Source of the DNA: Podarcis tiliguerta
Taxonomy: Eukaryota
Assembly: GCA_965153285.1 (NCBI GenBank)
Contig: OZ229115.1
Length of the DNA stretch: 64,000 nt
Direction: 5' to 3' (one strand)
The notes beneath the pieces are model-generated. The model was not told where the DNA came from. It worked only from the letters and a program-made list of their open reading frames with translations, and searched no databases. Position 1 is the stretch's first letter, and the number at the start of each line of letters is the position of its first letter. Positions 12,576 to 25,754 of the stretch are shown piece after piece. The position numbers and the translations under genes are program-made.

Positions 12576-14900
12576 TTTTTCTATGTGCAGGGATGTTTTT
12601 TGGTAGATGCAAGAAAGTAAGCCCCCATTACACACGTTTATCATTTCAGTTAACACCACACTCTAATCCTGTTGATTTCAGTTGAGTGGCATTGCTTCAG
12701 CGCCCAGTAAATTGTCCACTGTTGAGAACTAGCATTTGGGAGAGAAACTTAAAATAAACGACACTTGCCCTCATGGGGCTGTCTGTAGAGTGGTGGCAGC
12801 ATATCTGTATACCACCATTAAATCAGCTGTGGGGAGTCTTGTGATAGTCTAGCATTAGAATCAACTTGTCTGCTAGTAGGGCAACATGGCCATTTGGTAG
12901 CCAAAGCTAGTGAGGAATGCAGCTCACATGTACTAGGGTGATGGAATGGACCTGTCACCAGAAGGACTTGTGGAGGGTATTGCAAGATTTCCTTTAAGGT
13001 TAGTGGGAGATGGTAGAGAGAGCCAAGCTGGGCAAACTAGTGGCATTTGGAGGAGCCGTTTAGTTGTAAAAGCAGGAAAAAGACTCCTATAATTTTAATT
13101 TAATGGAAGATATGAAAGCATTACAAGGACTGGGAAATATTCTCTGTGTTACTAGAGTGTAAGGCAGGGTTCTTGATGGGCCCCAGAGTGATTTGGGATG
13201 AAGCCTGGGGCCCCAAGAGATAATTGTGGCAAGACAGCCACCCTAAGCACAAAATTAGAAATTAAACAGCACCCCTCTATTCTGGTCCTATTTTCATTTC
13301 CGTGGTAATGTTTTGAAGTTAAATTAAGTTGTCATCTATTTTAGTCCAAGTTACAGTGTCCAACTGTTTTGATTCATTTAAGCAGTGACAATTCACATGA
13401 GTCAGAACCAGCTAGGATAGGGTAACATTGTCTAGTCCCAGTGTGTGGGGAAACGGTAAAACCTTTCTGTTTAACCCAATGCCCAAACTATCCAGTCAAA
13501 CAATTGCGTTGATATAGAGGCATCTTGAAAATTCTCTTTATCACCTTTTTAAAAGAAAGAGTGGCTCAAAAGATGGAGGTGTCATTCTCTTACTTTTGTC
13601 TGTTTGAGCCGGTCAGGCTGGAGACAAAGTCCTATAATAAATTAGATCTTAATCCTTTCCCCTAAAGTAAGATTAGAGCATTAATTGGTATATTAAAAAT
13701 TCACCCAACTGTGGTAATTCCTCTGTTTTAAAAGCGAAGCAGCCTGTGTTTCACTAAATCCTACCCTTTTTCTTTCTCTCCAGAAGTATCTTCACTAAGC
13801 AAAATTATTCTAATGCTCCGAAAGTTACCATGATGTTATCTTGCTAATTAGTGCCGTGGAAAAAAAGATCAATTAATGTTATAATTAAAAACAGTGTGTT
13901 TAGAATGGTTGTTTGTGGTGAATGAATGTGACAACTACTTTGTTCACTGGTGATGTGTGGTGTTTCTATGCAGGCATTTGCTGTTATTTCCATAAAGGTC
14001 CTCAAGAGGCACCCTCATTTTCTGTCAAAGTGGCATAATGTACATGTGCATGTATGTGTGCACATAAGGAAACAACTGTAGAAAATGTTTGTCTCAGTTG
14101 CTTGGAATTATGCTTAATTCAGTCAACAGTTGCTCAGCATTATGTTATGGTGCACTGTGATGAGAGGCAATATATTCAGATCAGTTTTGAGGGTGAGACT
14201 TTCCCAAAAAATCAAGTAGATATTGGACACTTCATACCCCTGTTAAACCCCAGAAAGAAATGGAATTGACCACACCTATGTCCTATTTGGCACAAATGAA
14301 CTGAGATGCCTTAGGAAGGGGACACCTAAGGCAGATGGAGAACCCAGTTGGGCACTTGTTGCACGTATGAGTAAGTTAAAACTAGTAAGAGCCCAATGTT
14401 GTGACCCTAGGACCCGTGTTTCAGTTAATGGGGGAAGAGGTTGGAAGGCTCTTTATGTACTCAACAAACCTCATTGATGACTCCCTCTAGTTTTAGCCAA
14501 ATAATGAGCCCTGTAAACTTTTAAAAACAGTGGCCGAGAGGGCCAAAATAAAAGGTAAGGGAAGTGCCCAGGATGTTTGGTATTTCTGACAGTTTCCATT
14601 CTTTCTCTGTGTATCTCCCTTGAACTGACTGGCAGTCATCACATGCAAGGCTGGAAGAGCTAGCCAGTGGTTTGTACTGCCATTTTGAAGAACACAGCTG
14701 CCTATATTAGCAGTGGTCGAGTCTGCTTCTTAAGACGCCTCCACAGTGCTAATAGGTATAGCCAATGGATAAAGAGAAAGATAATGGGGAGCATGGTTAA
14801 ATTTGAATAACTAAGTCCTGCATATTTTTCACAGCTGAACCCTTCACTGGGAACAAATTTTTATTTTGTACTAAGTGTGATTAAGCAGTATGCTAACTGT

Positions 14901-14927
14901 ACAAACAAACAAACAAACAAACAAACA
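14901..14927. repeat. (AAAC)n microsatellite
   Basis: About 6.5 perfect units. Confidence 0.9.
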
Positions 14928-17844
14928 GGAGCTTCCCTGCAGATACTGCTGAGGAACGGTGTCCTTAGTTAGTAAAAACGTTGTTTTTGCTCAGTTGCTG
15001 AGTGCATGTTTGAAACAGCGTAATAGATCACCATTCACTGTTAAAAACTGCAAAGGAGAGCTACACATTTGCAGGAGTTGGAAAAGAACATCCTAATGTC
15101 TGGGTCAACTTATTTTAAAGCGCTTGAGACTTTTAAGTGGAGCATACCCTTGCCTTAGCAGGCTGTATACTGCAACTGCAGCATCCCCCGAAAGGCCAGT
15201 ATTTTGGCTCTAAACTGAAAAGTACTTAGTCCAGAGTTGTCCTATTAATCTCGGTGCCATTTTTCTGAGGTAAGTTACTGCAAAATAGCAACCACTATTT
15301 TTAACTCGTTTACGCTGTCAAAATTCAGACTTTTAAATGTTGTATGGCTGTCGAACCTACTCCATTTATATAAGAGTGATGTTTATTGCAGTGCAGGAGG
15401 GCAGTATGTATTTTTGAAGTTCTGCTTGGCCTTTTTCAGGGATAGAGCAAGCTGTTCTTCATATATCGTATCCTGGGAAAGCTCTGTTACAGTTAAACGT
15501 GGAACAGTATCTCCATAGGAGCTGTTGCCAAGCAGATACATGGTTTTGGAATGTTCCCAGCAAACTTCCACAGCTGATACTCTAGCGACGAGCTCGCCTT
15601 TCTTTTCCTTTTCCTCAGTTAAAACTCTTCAAATAGCCAAAGGATAGAATTTTGCATTGGCCTGCATCCCTAAATCCCCCTCAATAACCATAATTCACTG
15701 TGGGTGATCTGTATTCATTCCACCATGATAACCACAATTAATTTTATATATATTTAAAGCTGACACAGAACTATTTGTGAGAGGTGGTTTCTGTGCAATT
15801 TTAGGGGCACAATTTTGTGAGACACTACACCGAAGCATTAGCTCCTAGGATACCAATTCTCTGGGGCTGACACTCGGACCTAATCTCATACCAAGAACTG
15901 CAGCAGTCATGTGCATACCTAGCATTGTAGTGCTTTGAATCACATGGGGTATTGGGGAAGGCAATAGCTACAGGATGAAAAAGCACTTCTGGGGCTGCAT
16001 TGTGGAGCTGCCATAGTACGCCATGGACCTGTAGCAGAATATTCTCAGTGGCTAATTGGACAGAGCTCCAGGTCTTTTCCCTGAGTCTTACAGATGCAGC
16101 AGCTCAAATGCTGCAGCACCTGAAGGAACCCCATAGGAACAGGCTGCCACTATGTCATGGTCCATCCATGACATCATTCCTCATCCCATGATACAGGATA
16201 TTTTACCACAGCCAGAATTAACTATGGTCAGTTGCAGAAGACCTACTGTCCTTCATTTCCCCAGTTTCAGAAAAGCTGTGAACTTTGGCAACAAAGCAGT
16301 TCAGATTGGGAGCTTATATCGCAGCTGGAGAATCCACTCTTTCCTTGCTCTAGTGATCTGGGCAGCGCTTCCACACGCTTCCCACTCCTCTTGAGTAGCT
16401 TCCTGTGCAATTATCCGAGCACTGCCCTGACACTGTCCTTACATTGGAGGGTGAATGTTTGCAGCCGGAAGCCTGCTGTATTTGTGGAGATGCCCTGCCC
16501 AGTTAAACACTGTGCACTGGGTTCCAAAGCACCCAGACAACATCCAAAAATACAGGAGGCACCTCACTGTACACATTCACCCTCCAGTATGTAGGGTGCA
16601 GCTGGGTTGGGCTGAAGGACGGAATTGAGGAACCTGGGCTAACAAATGTATTTTCATGCATCTTCACAGGATCCTAATGGTGTGGGAGAATGCAAGTCCA
16701 ATTAGGACTAGATGAGATATCTAGATTGGTCCAAGTTGAAGCAATGCTATGCTTTAAAGTAGAATATGCTTACCTAATAAATTGCACCTTATTTTTACTT
16801 TCTGATTGGTGCTTATCCAGAAGAGATAAGGAAAATCAGATCACTACATGTAGAAAAACAATGAATTCTATAAAAGGTTTATAAGAACTCTAGAATATAG
16901 CAAAAGGTATGGATGCAAGGCTTCCCTACACAATAGAGGGGTTTTTGTCTCAGTTCACTCTTGGCAAGGAGTTCTAAATACTGTTGTTAATTTCCTATCT
17001 TTCACTAGACACAGAGCTAAAACAAGGGAGCAATTTATTATTATTATTATTTTGTTTAAGCTGTGTTTTTATTTATTTATATATACATATATTTTCCAAG
17101 CCCAGTTCCTAGCAGGATATCCTTGTTTATGCCTCAAGTTCCAGGACTTTTTTTCTTTAAAAAGCTAACCTTAAAAAGCCTTACTCACAATATCTTCTTT
17201 TATTTTTAAAAGCCAGTTTCTATTCATAAACACATGTGAATGTTCTTACTAGTTTTCTTGTTTTAGAGATACTGGTAGTGACATTGGCATTTGCCTTAGA
17301 TCGACTTTGTGACATGCACACTGCCATAGAGCATTGGGGGGGGGGGGACAGAGAGATCGAATTTAGTTGTCACAAGATTTACACAGGAAAAGGCAAAAGG
17401 AAAACTTTGAAACTATAAGAGACCCAGTTTTTCCCTGTTGAACATTTTTGGGTCTTTACAAGATTTAGATGGCTGGCCAGGTTTAGATAGTGCTTCCAGC
17501 CCTTCAATGAGATTTGATATGTAAAGGGTGCTGGATTATTACAGAACATAGCTGTACTGATTTTTATTTCCATTGCCTAATAATGCACATGGAACTGATT
17601 CCGTCTTTACAATTCAGTGCAGTATTTATTGTACTGGATGCAAGAAGGAAGGTGTCTGCATGTTCACAGAAACTCTAATATGATTCCAACATAGATGTGA
17701 CAATCATAGGGCAGTGTTGTGCAACTTGTTATTTCTTGTTTTATGTTGATGGTTTGTTGACTGATTGCTGTCATTCTTGTAGTTGAACTGATAGTGGAAA
17801 GGCAACGTAAAAATACAAAAGGTAAATAAAATTAAGACTTATTC

Positions 17845-17957
17845 AGCTTGGATAGCTCAGTTGGTGAGAGCATGGTTCGATCCCTGCTTATTCCTGCATT
17901 GCAGGAGGTTGGACTAGATTATCATTGGGGTCCCCTCCAGCTCTGTGATTCTATGAT
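17845..17957 (+). mobile_element. tRNA-headed SINE with CR1 3' tail (internally deleted)
   Basis: A box TAGCTCAGTTGG and B box GGTTCGATCC, then a CR1-type 3' end TTCCTGCATTGCAGGAGGTTGGACTAGAT...GGTCCCCTCCAGCTCTGTGATTCTATGAT. Confidence 0.75.
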
Positions 17958-18259
17958 CAGGTGAGCAGCTTCCCCGTTGGTCTGGGAACTTTTATAAAAT
18001 GTTGTTTTAAACAAGAAAGGATAGGGGGAAATTAACTGTGACCTTTTGCATAGGTCTATTCATATTCTGTCTGTGAAAGCTGGTTGTTCAACATTCACTG
18101 CGTTCTGTTTTTGTCCCCTTCTTGTTTATAATACCTGTTTCATTGCCTTCTGTAAAGGGTGTACCTGAAGGCAGCAAGCAAGCTGATGGAATTTTAGTTA
18201 GTTGGTGGTGTGCTGATCCTGGCTCATCAGTTTTTGACACTAAGGTACAGCTGTTTATT

Positions 18260-18540
18260 TGGTAGTGTCCAGACTATGGAGTCCCCTCCCAGGGAGATTC
18301 ATATGGCCACACATTACAGGTCTTCTGTTGAACTATAAAGGGTTTTGCTATTTTTCTGTACCTTTGTTTTGAATGACTTTGTATGCCTCTGTCTCTTTTA
18401 CCATTTAACTTTTATTGTGGAACTTTTTACTGGGTTATTTTGAGGCATCTTTTTTTAGTTCTATAATCATGTTGCTTTATTGTTCTTATATTTACCCATT
18501 TTATTATTTTAAGTCACTTTGAAAGCCTTAGATGGAAATA
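18260..18540 (+). mobile_element. Old L2 3' fragment
   Basis: CCAGACTATGGAGTCCCCTCCCAGGGAGATTC (degenerate PRLWNSLP), a T-rich UTR and an AAGTCACTTTGA end motif. Confidence 0.5.
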
Positions 18541-18553
18541 CATCCTGTAAAAG

Positions 18554-18577
18554 TACATACATACATACATACATACA
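18554..18577. repeat. (TACA)6 microsatellite
   Basis: Six perfect units. Confidence 0.9.
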
Positions 18578-18867
18578 ATGACTTCTAATTTAAGGACATT
18601 GTCTAATCAGCCATTTCTTTCATACATAGACATTCCGTTTTTGGACACATATCATGTGAATACATCAAGTTTTGTTCTTTGCTACAGTTTGTGGTTAACT
18701 GTGAGCCTTGGTTCAGATGACATACTAAGCCAAACCTTGTCTTAGCTCAGCATGGCATAGGAATAAAAACCTGCATATTCACATCCCAGTAAGCAGTAGT
18801 TTGATTTACTGTGTTGTGTGATTGTGGTCTATAGCTTAGTGAGCTGGAATTGACTATCTAGTTTGAG

Positions 18868-18973
18868 CAAAGGTGCAGAAATCTAGGCAGCCAATAGATA
18901 TTGGTGCCTGAGAAAAATTGATGATGAGTTGCTGCCTAGGTCAGGAATTAGGCTCCTAAGCTTTGCACCCTTG
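18868..18973. mobile_element. hAT-type MITE (decayed)
   Basis: TIRs CAAAGGTGCAGA and TTTGCACCCTTG. Flanks AGTTTGAG and AATATGAG match at 6/8 (degenerate 8-bp TSD). Confidence 0.55.
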
Positions 18974-20249
18974 AATATGAGATTATGACTGTAGTTATAC
19001 CAGAAAAGAAGGTCTCACTGAAACCAACTGATATGATAAACCACCTAAAAGTTCCATTCAAGTAGACATATTTTAACAATGTAATGGAATAACCTTGCCA
19101 TCTTGACCACTCAGCCTCAGCTTCTGGAATTCAAGAATGTGCTCAAATGGTTTCCTGTGCAGGGTTAGACTGTAAGTGACAGATATGTTGGCGCTACTAC
19201 TCCTAGCTTTTATCTGAGTTCTTGTTTCCCCTCTATTTTAAAAGGACTCTTCAAACATTGCAAATGATTGATTTTTTAAAAATGCACATCTTTTATATAC
19301 TATTATACTGCTATGTGCTTGATATAGTGTTATGCTATATTAGTTTAGTAGCGGTATAGTCTTGATAACTGCAAAGCCCCCAATCATTGTTTTGCTTATG
19401 TGTAAATAATGTGTTAAAAATATATGGAAATATAACACTAGGATTTTTCATTTCTGTAACTTATCTGCCTGGATATCTCTTGTATGCAACTTATGCTTGC
19501 AAGTGAAACACTAGATAATAATTAAGGATAACGTGAGTGTCCTGCACTTGAAAAGAGGCCTTTCGTTTCGAATGTTACTTCAGGTTTTCATTAATCCTCA
19601 ATCACCTTTCCAAAACTGCATGGGGAAAAAGTCGAAAGGGCACTGTAAAATGGTGTGAATACCACCTGCTTGACATTAAATCAGACCAGGAATGTGATAT
19701 TCACAGTAATCCGTTTTTATTTAGATTTTTAAACCCCTTCAGATTAACAAGTCAATGATAAGTGCAGGCTGTGAAACTGATTACCACTTGCATACTTCCA
19801 GATACAAAATATATCAGTTGGTTCCGTGTGCATCGATTATCTTGGTCTGAAGGAACAGAGCATCCCATAATACCCTTTTGAGTTCTAAAAAAGTGACCAG
19901 ACAGGGAGGGACTGGTTTGGTCATTTATTTACCAAAAAGAAAATCTGTATGCCAAAATGAAATATTTCAGCAAACAAAAATTTATCACACATCATTCGGG
20001 ATCACATTTCTGTCCCCCTTTCCCAGATAGCTGAGGCTAAGTTAATTTAAACATGTTGGACTTCTGCTTGACTTGCCATTCTTTCTCTCTCTGATTAGCC
20101 TTAAACCCGCAGAGTTCCATGACCTTAATAAAGCTATTTTTCTTGACAAGTTAAAAACTGCCTTAACAAGCAAAGCTCATCTGGCTGAAACTGAAGCCAA
20201 GTTAAGTTGGTGTTTTAGATCCACAGCATGAAGCACAAAGTGTGTTTTG

Positions 20250-20275
20250 TGTGTGTGTGCGCGCGCACACACACA
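20250..20275. repeat. Perfect 26-bp alternating purine-pyrimidine palindrome
   Basis: TGTGTGTGTGCGCGCGCACACACACA equals its own reverse complement. Confidence 0.9.
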
Positions 20276-21720
20276 GACGTGTGAGACAAACTGTGCACTA
20301 TGAAACATACTGGCTTTACATTTAATTAGACAAATTATATGCAACCCAGTAAATACCCTGGGAATGTAATCAACATTAGGGTTAATAAGGAGTGTTTGGA
20401 GGGCGAAAACCCTAAATTTTTCACCAAGAAGAAAATTAACACTAAGAGCCAAAAAGGAAAAGCTAACATGAATCTCAGTATTGATTGGGATAGTAATCAT
20501 AGGGTATTCTTACAGAAGTTGGGGGTGTATGTGGAATTACTATGACCTTCCTCAATTCTGTTTGAGGTTTGCCTATACTCGGTGCAAATAGATTGCTCTG
20601 AAATACGTTGTAAAGGAAAGTTGTAGTTGCTGAGTTTTTATTCTCTGTTCAGTCCTTGCCCTCAGTTGATGCTGACTCATGGAGAGTCAGTGAAATTCTG
20701 GCTGCTTTGGACAAGCAAATGGGAGAATGAAAGCAATGAAGGAAAGCCCCTCCGAGTAAATGCTACGACTGGTTTGGCAATATGCTGGGAAATGCAGACA
20801 AAATGTGGTCGTGCAGCCTTCCATTTGGAAGATGTCCCTCAGATTCATTAGCATTGTGTCTGTTACTAGGCTTATCAGCTAAACAGCCAACAGACATAAT
20901 CTGTGGCTTATATTTTTTCTAATGCTTTTTTTTTTCCAAGGGGCTGCTGACGGGACATAATCCACTGTTTTTTATTGCATTGCCTCTGGATGTGTTGTAG
21001 CTCAAACAAACAGATAATTCAGGGGCTCCAAACTTCTTTCCTTTAGGGCTAGAGTGGTGGGGTCTTGGCTACCTTCTCACAAACTCCAGGGCTGTTTAAA
21101 GTAAACAAATGATTTGTTCATGTTGGAAGCATCTTATTGCCCAGCCAGAGATACAACGACAGAGTAAAATTTGATTTCAGGTCATGATGAATACCCTTGA
21201 TAAGGAGTAAATCAGTACATTATAATTAACTGTATTTCACTGCAGGGCTGTATTTGCTTTGTGGCTTTTACTAATTTCAAGAATAGGGGTGTGTGTGTGT
21301 TTTTAGTATTAGCCTACTAAACATACCAGATTCCATATGTCCAGAGTAGAATTGCAAATGTTTTTCTCCTGTCAAGAGTTTCTGTACTTTTAACAGCTGT
21401 ATGCCAAATTCAGTAGATCAGGGTATGGTTTGAGAAGCACTCAGTCTGACCACTTTATTTTTTGCCAGCACAGCCAAATAGGATCCTAATGTACAGATTT
21501 CATGAAAACAAGGAATATTTGTGGATAGGTTTTCAAGAGTCTTTAAAAGCTGAGTACTGTGTCACTCAGGACTGTGCCATATGCAACAGTGTACTATTTC
21601 CATTATGGAAAACCACATGTAGTCTCATTCTGTGTGACACGTACAGCACAGCCTAGAGTAGTTCGTATATACCAGGTTTTCATGTGCAAGTAAACACTTT
21701 AGATATGGTCTAAATGTGGT

Positions 21721-21753
21721 TTTTCTACATGGAAGTGATATCCATGTAGAAAA
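21721..21753. repeat. Perfect 13-bp inverted repeat with 7-nt loop
   Basis: TTTTCTACATGGA-AGTGATA-TCCATGTAGAAAA. Confidence 0.85.
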
Positions 21754-21760
21754 TCAATTG

Positions 21761-21881
21761 GTGGTGTTCAGCTAAGTTTTACATAGAGTAGACTTAATGA
21801 AATTAATGAACATGACTAAGTTGGGTCCATTAATTTCAGTAGGTCTGCTTTGTGGAAAACTTACCGGTAATTGAATACCAC
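21761..21881. mobile_element. Fold-back (hairpin) MITE
   Basis: Imperfect arms of ~50 bp: GTGGTGTTCAG..TAAGTTTT..GAAATTAATGAAC and GTCCATTAATTTC..AAAACTTA..TTGAATACCAC. Confidence 0.7.
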
Positions 21882-21918
21882 TTACCATATGTGGAACGGC
21901 TCCAATATTATTCTGTTA

Positions 21919-22136
21919 CAGTGGTACCTCGGGTTAAGAACGTAATTTGTTCTGGAGGTCCTTTCTTAACATGAAACTTCTTAACCTGAGGTACCACTTT
22001 AACTAATGGGGCTTCCTGCTGCGCCATCGCTGTGCAATTTCTGTTCTCATCCTGAAGCAAAGTTCTTAACCCAAGGTACTATTTCTGGGTTAGCGGAGTC
22101 TATAACCTAAAGCGTCTGTAACCCAAGGTACCACTG
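21919..22136. mobile_element. Tc1/mariner MITE, copy 2 (opposite orientation to copy 1)
   Basis: TA|CAGTGGTACCTCGGGTT ... AACCCAAGGTACCACTG|TA. Confidence 0.92.
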
Positions 22137-24749
22137 TATTCTAGATAGCCCCTTGCCCCCAAATACTCCATTGTGCTCTAAAAGTACACGTATTGTACAT
22201 TATGTACAACCACATGCTAGTTTTTGATAAGCTTCCTCTGTAAATGCATCTTTAATCCGTGAAAATTGTGAGATTGTTCTGGTGAAATCAATGAATATAG
22301 AAATCATTGCCAATCTACTGCAAATCAATCAGAGCTCCAATTCCCAATTGTTTAACATTAGCAGCAAAGTGACTCCCATCCCTCCCTGCATTATACTGTT
22401 GAAATGAAGAAAGCAGGAGTTTGCCAGGAATGGGTTTTTATGTGAAAGGACATTGAGCTCCATTTAATTCTGGGCTTTAAAACAAATTATTGAGCTCAGA
22501 ATTCAGAAGTATTAAAGGTCCAACTGGTGCATTTTAGGGTTAAAAAACAAAGTAGATCCTGCAAGTAGATTCCATATGGCTAAAGCCTGCCCTCCTCTGA
22601 GCTGAGTCTATGCATATAACCAGAAATGTTTCTTCTTAGGATGTCCAGTGCAGTTATTTTATTACTGCAGAATTTTTCAGTTGGAGAACAAATTAAATTG
22701 GCCCAGTACTGGAAAGTTGTTTCTTTTCCTACAATTACAGAATGACTGAGCAAGGCCACAGAAATAGCAGACATGGACAAATTGACCAATATTGTATGTC
22801 AAAGAAATTGAATGCATATTCAGGTTGCTTTAGTTGTAAATGGGCTCCATTTATTATCTATTGGAATAGTAATTATGTACATGAAAAATTGGAAAGAGAT
22901 TGGGTTTTATTATATTCTGATATGTTTTATTTAATAAAACCAGGGCGGGGGTGGGATGCAGAAGTAGCTATGTGCAAGCCAAGCCACTCAGCTTTGATTG
23001 CTGAGAATTCTGAAGCCTGGGAAAAGGTAGAGGATGCTAGGGAATCATAGGCAAACAGGCAGGGAAAGTGGAGCCTCTGGGCACCTTTTTCTGCCTGTTG
23101 TTTATCTGTGCTTATCTTTCCTTTAGTGGCTAATTGCTCTGCTCCTCCTCCTCACAGCTTCTAGATACAATTAGAAGACACAACAAAGAGAGATATGATA
23201 AGCAGGAATAAATATGGAGTGCAGAAAGGTGGCCCACAACTGATTTGCTTGCCTGCAATCCCTTCCAGCTTTCTCTCTGTGTGTTATTTTTTCCCTTGTG
23301 AAATTTGCAAATAAAAAACTAACAATAATAAATAAGGAAATGGGATGCAGCTTCTGCAACTTGCAGCTTGTGGCTTCTTTCTTGTGGTTTCAGAGCAGGA
23401 AGAGAAGAAGGTTGGGCTTGTTGAAAGAGAACAAGTTTTGCACTTTCTTGAGTAGAATGAGTTTTGGAGCTCCTATCCCCTCAAAACAAGAGGGCGCCTT
23501 CAAGGCACAACCGAAACACAACTTGTCAACATTTGTTGTTTTCTTTAGTAATTGTTCTTAGAGCACCAAAACAAAACACATACTTGCTTATGGTGTTGCA
23601 TTATGCTTCTGTGCTGTCAGGGTCAGAAATGATGTAATTTATTTCACTAAATGCAAGCTCATAAGTGCTAAATTTAATTAAAAACTTTCATTTTTCAAAC
23701 AAACAGTTATTATTCCTTCTTACCTTCTGAACTTTAAGACATCTAAGCTGAATAGGACCTGGATAAAGCAGGGAGAAACTGTTTCTCCTTTCAACAGATG
23801 CCTGTTATTACTTTATCTGAAACAAGGACTCTAAACCCCCCCCCCCCATGAACAATGCAAGCATGCAAAAAGTAAAATAAAAGTTAAATTGGTAAACTTA
23901 GGTTTTGTTTTTAAATTCAAGCAGCTATAAAAAGCCTTGAATTTGTTAAGAATTTGCTGTTTTGCTGTGGAAGTAATTACAAGTCAATAGCATGTGTCAT
24001 TGTAAAGTTAGCCACTATATTAGCAGTTTGGGTTTTTTATTGGTTCAGATATGACTAAGCAGGATTAGTACACGAGAACCTTATGAAAAATAGAAGTGAT
24101 AAAAGCAATTTAACTGTCAGTATATTTGTGTTGTGGTTTTGCTATGTGAAACATAATTGCCTGGCAATGGAAAGGACACTGAGGATGGATTCCCCCTCCC
24201 ACCCCCACTTATTTCTGTGTCAGTAGCCGTGGAAGATTATTTCACTCTTTGGAAGGGATAAATACAACAGATTAAAATTATATTTAAAATTATGCAATGA
24301 AAATTTGCAGCTGTGTTCTTCACTGGCACATGTGTGTGCAAAGGCAGAAAAAACTAAAGATCAAAAATATTACTGAAAGTTCCTTCCCACTTTTGTGGAC
24401 ATTATGGTCACTCATGGTAAAGTCTGTGGTTCAGAGCTCTTACCCTGAAACTTATTGTGGTTTCAGCCACTGAATCAGCAATTCAGCTGCATCAACTTCC
24501 GTCTTGCTGATTTCAGTGTGCATATCAGAATATAAGATTGCAGTTTTAGTGAGGAGAAGCCACTGACCCATATAAACTATGGACATTTTAGGGAGATGAG
24601 TAGATAGAAGTACTAAAAGACTATCAGCTGAAATAAAGCATAAGAATTAGTTCCATGATTTAGATATTCCCATTGATGTCATACACATTTTTCATCTTCC
24701 TTCCATTGTTTGTGATAACTCTTTGTTTGCTGTGACTTTGGCTAGTGTT

Positions 24750-25110
24750 ATTTGAAGGACTGCCTGCATTCACATGAACCTACCCAGGCCTTAAGATTGA
24801 CATCAGAGGTCCTGCTCTCTGGTCAGTTACTGGAGAAGATTGGGTGGATGAGTAACAGGGGCAAGGTCATTTCAGTGGTGTACCCCACCACATTGTTGAA
24901 TTTTGTTTCCCTGGAGCCCAAGCCCTCTCTCTGTCAGTCTTTAGATGTGGTATTAATAGGTATTTTGTTCAGCAAGGTCTTTTGAACTCATTATGTGTTG
25001 GTTTTGTATTTTAATAATTTTTATCTTGTACTATTTTTCTGATTTTATTATTTTACAATGCTGTTGTTAAATATCTTTGAGCAGTGTTCATCTTAAACAT
25101 GGGATATGAG
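24750..25110 (+). mobile_element. Old L2 3' fragment
   Basis: TTGAAGGACTGCCTGCATTCACATGAACCTACCCAGGCCTTAAGA encodes LKDCLHSHEPTQALR (cf. L2 'LKDRL.PYEP.R.LR'), followed by a T-rich UTR. Confidence 0.6.
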
Positions 25111-25754
25111 CAAACAAACCGGGAATTTCCTCAACAGCATGATCTGAAGCCATGGTTGGAAATTAGTTTGGAAGCCTTGGTTTGGACTTGGAAAGCAATC
25201 CCTGGTTAGTTCTTACCATAGTTTGAGTGGTTTGAATGTCATGGCAACTATGATTTTTGCAAACCATGGAAGACAGAAGGAAACTGTATGGGTGTGGGCA
25301 TAGTTTTTGTACTGTATTCACTTCAGCTTAATCTGTTGATACTGTAGCAAAATAGGGATCCAATAATATATTTCCAACTCTGGCAGTGAAGATACAATAC
25401 CTTTAAAATGATATGACCAATATCTTTTTTAAGTGTGATGAGCATGAAAAGCATATTATTACTATTTTGCATAATTAATTAAAACCTTGTTTGTTATAGG
25501 TATATTCACCGTTATCCATATATCACTTTAAATAGAGGCTGATGGGGTTGTTGGAATGGCTCTTAATACTTAGGAGTCCCTAGTGACCACTTTAAGTGAC
25601 ATTTTCTGCCTCTGCTGCTACATCCCTTAGCTACATCCCTGGGGGTGCCTACTTCAGGTTTTTTTTAGAAGCAAAGCTCTTAAGCAGGCATCTGCTTTAG
25701 ACAGTTGCTTTCAGTCCTATTGATTTCAACAGAATGCAGGCATCAAGACAAACC

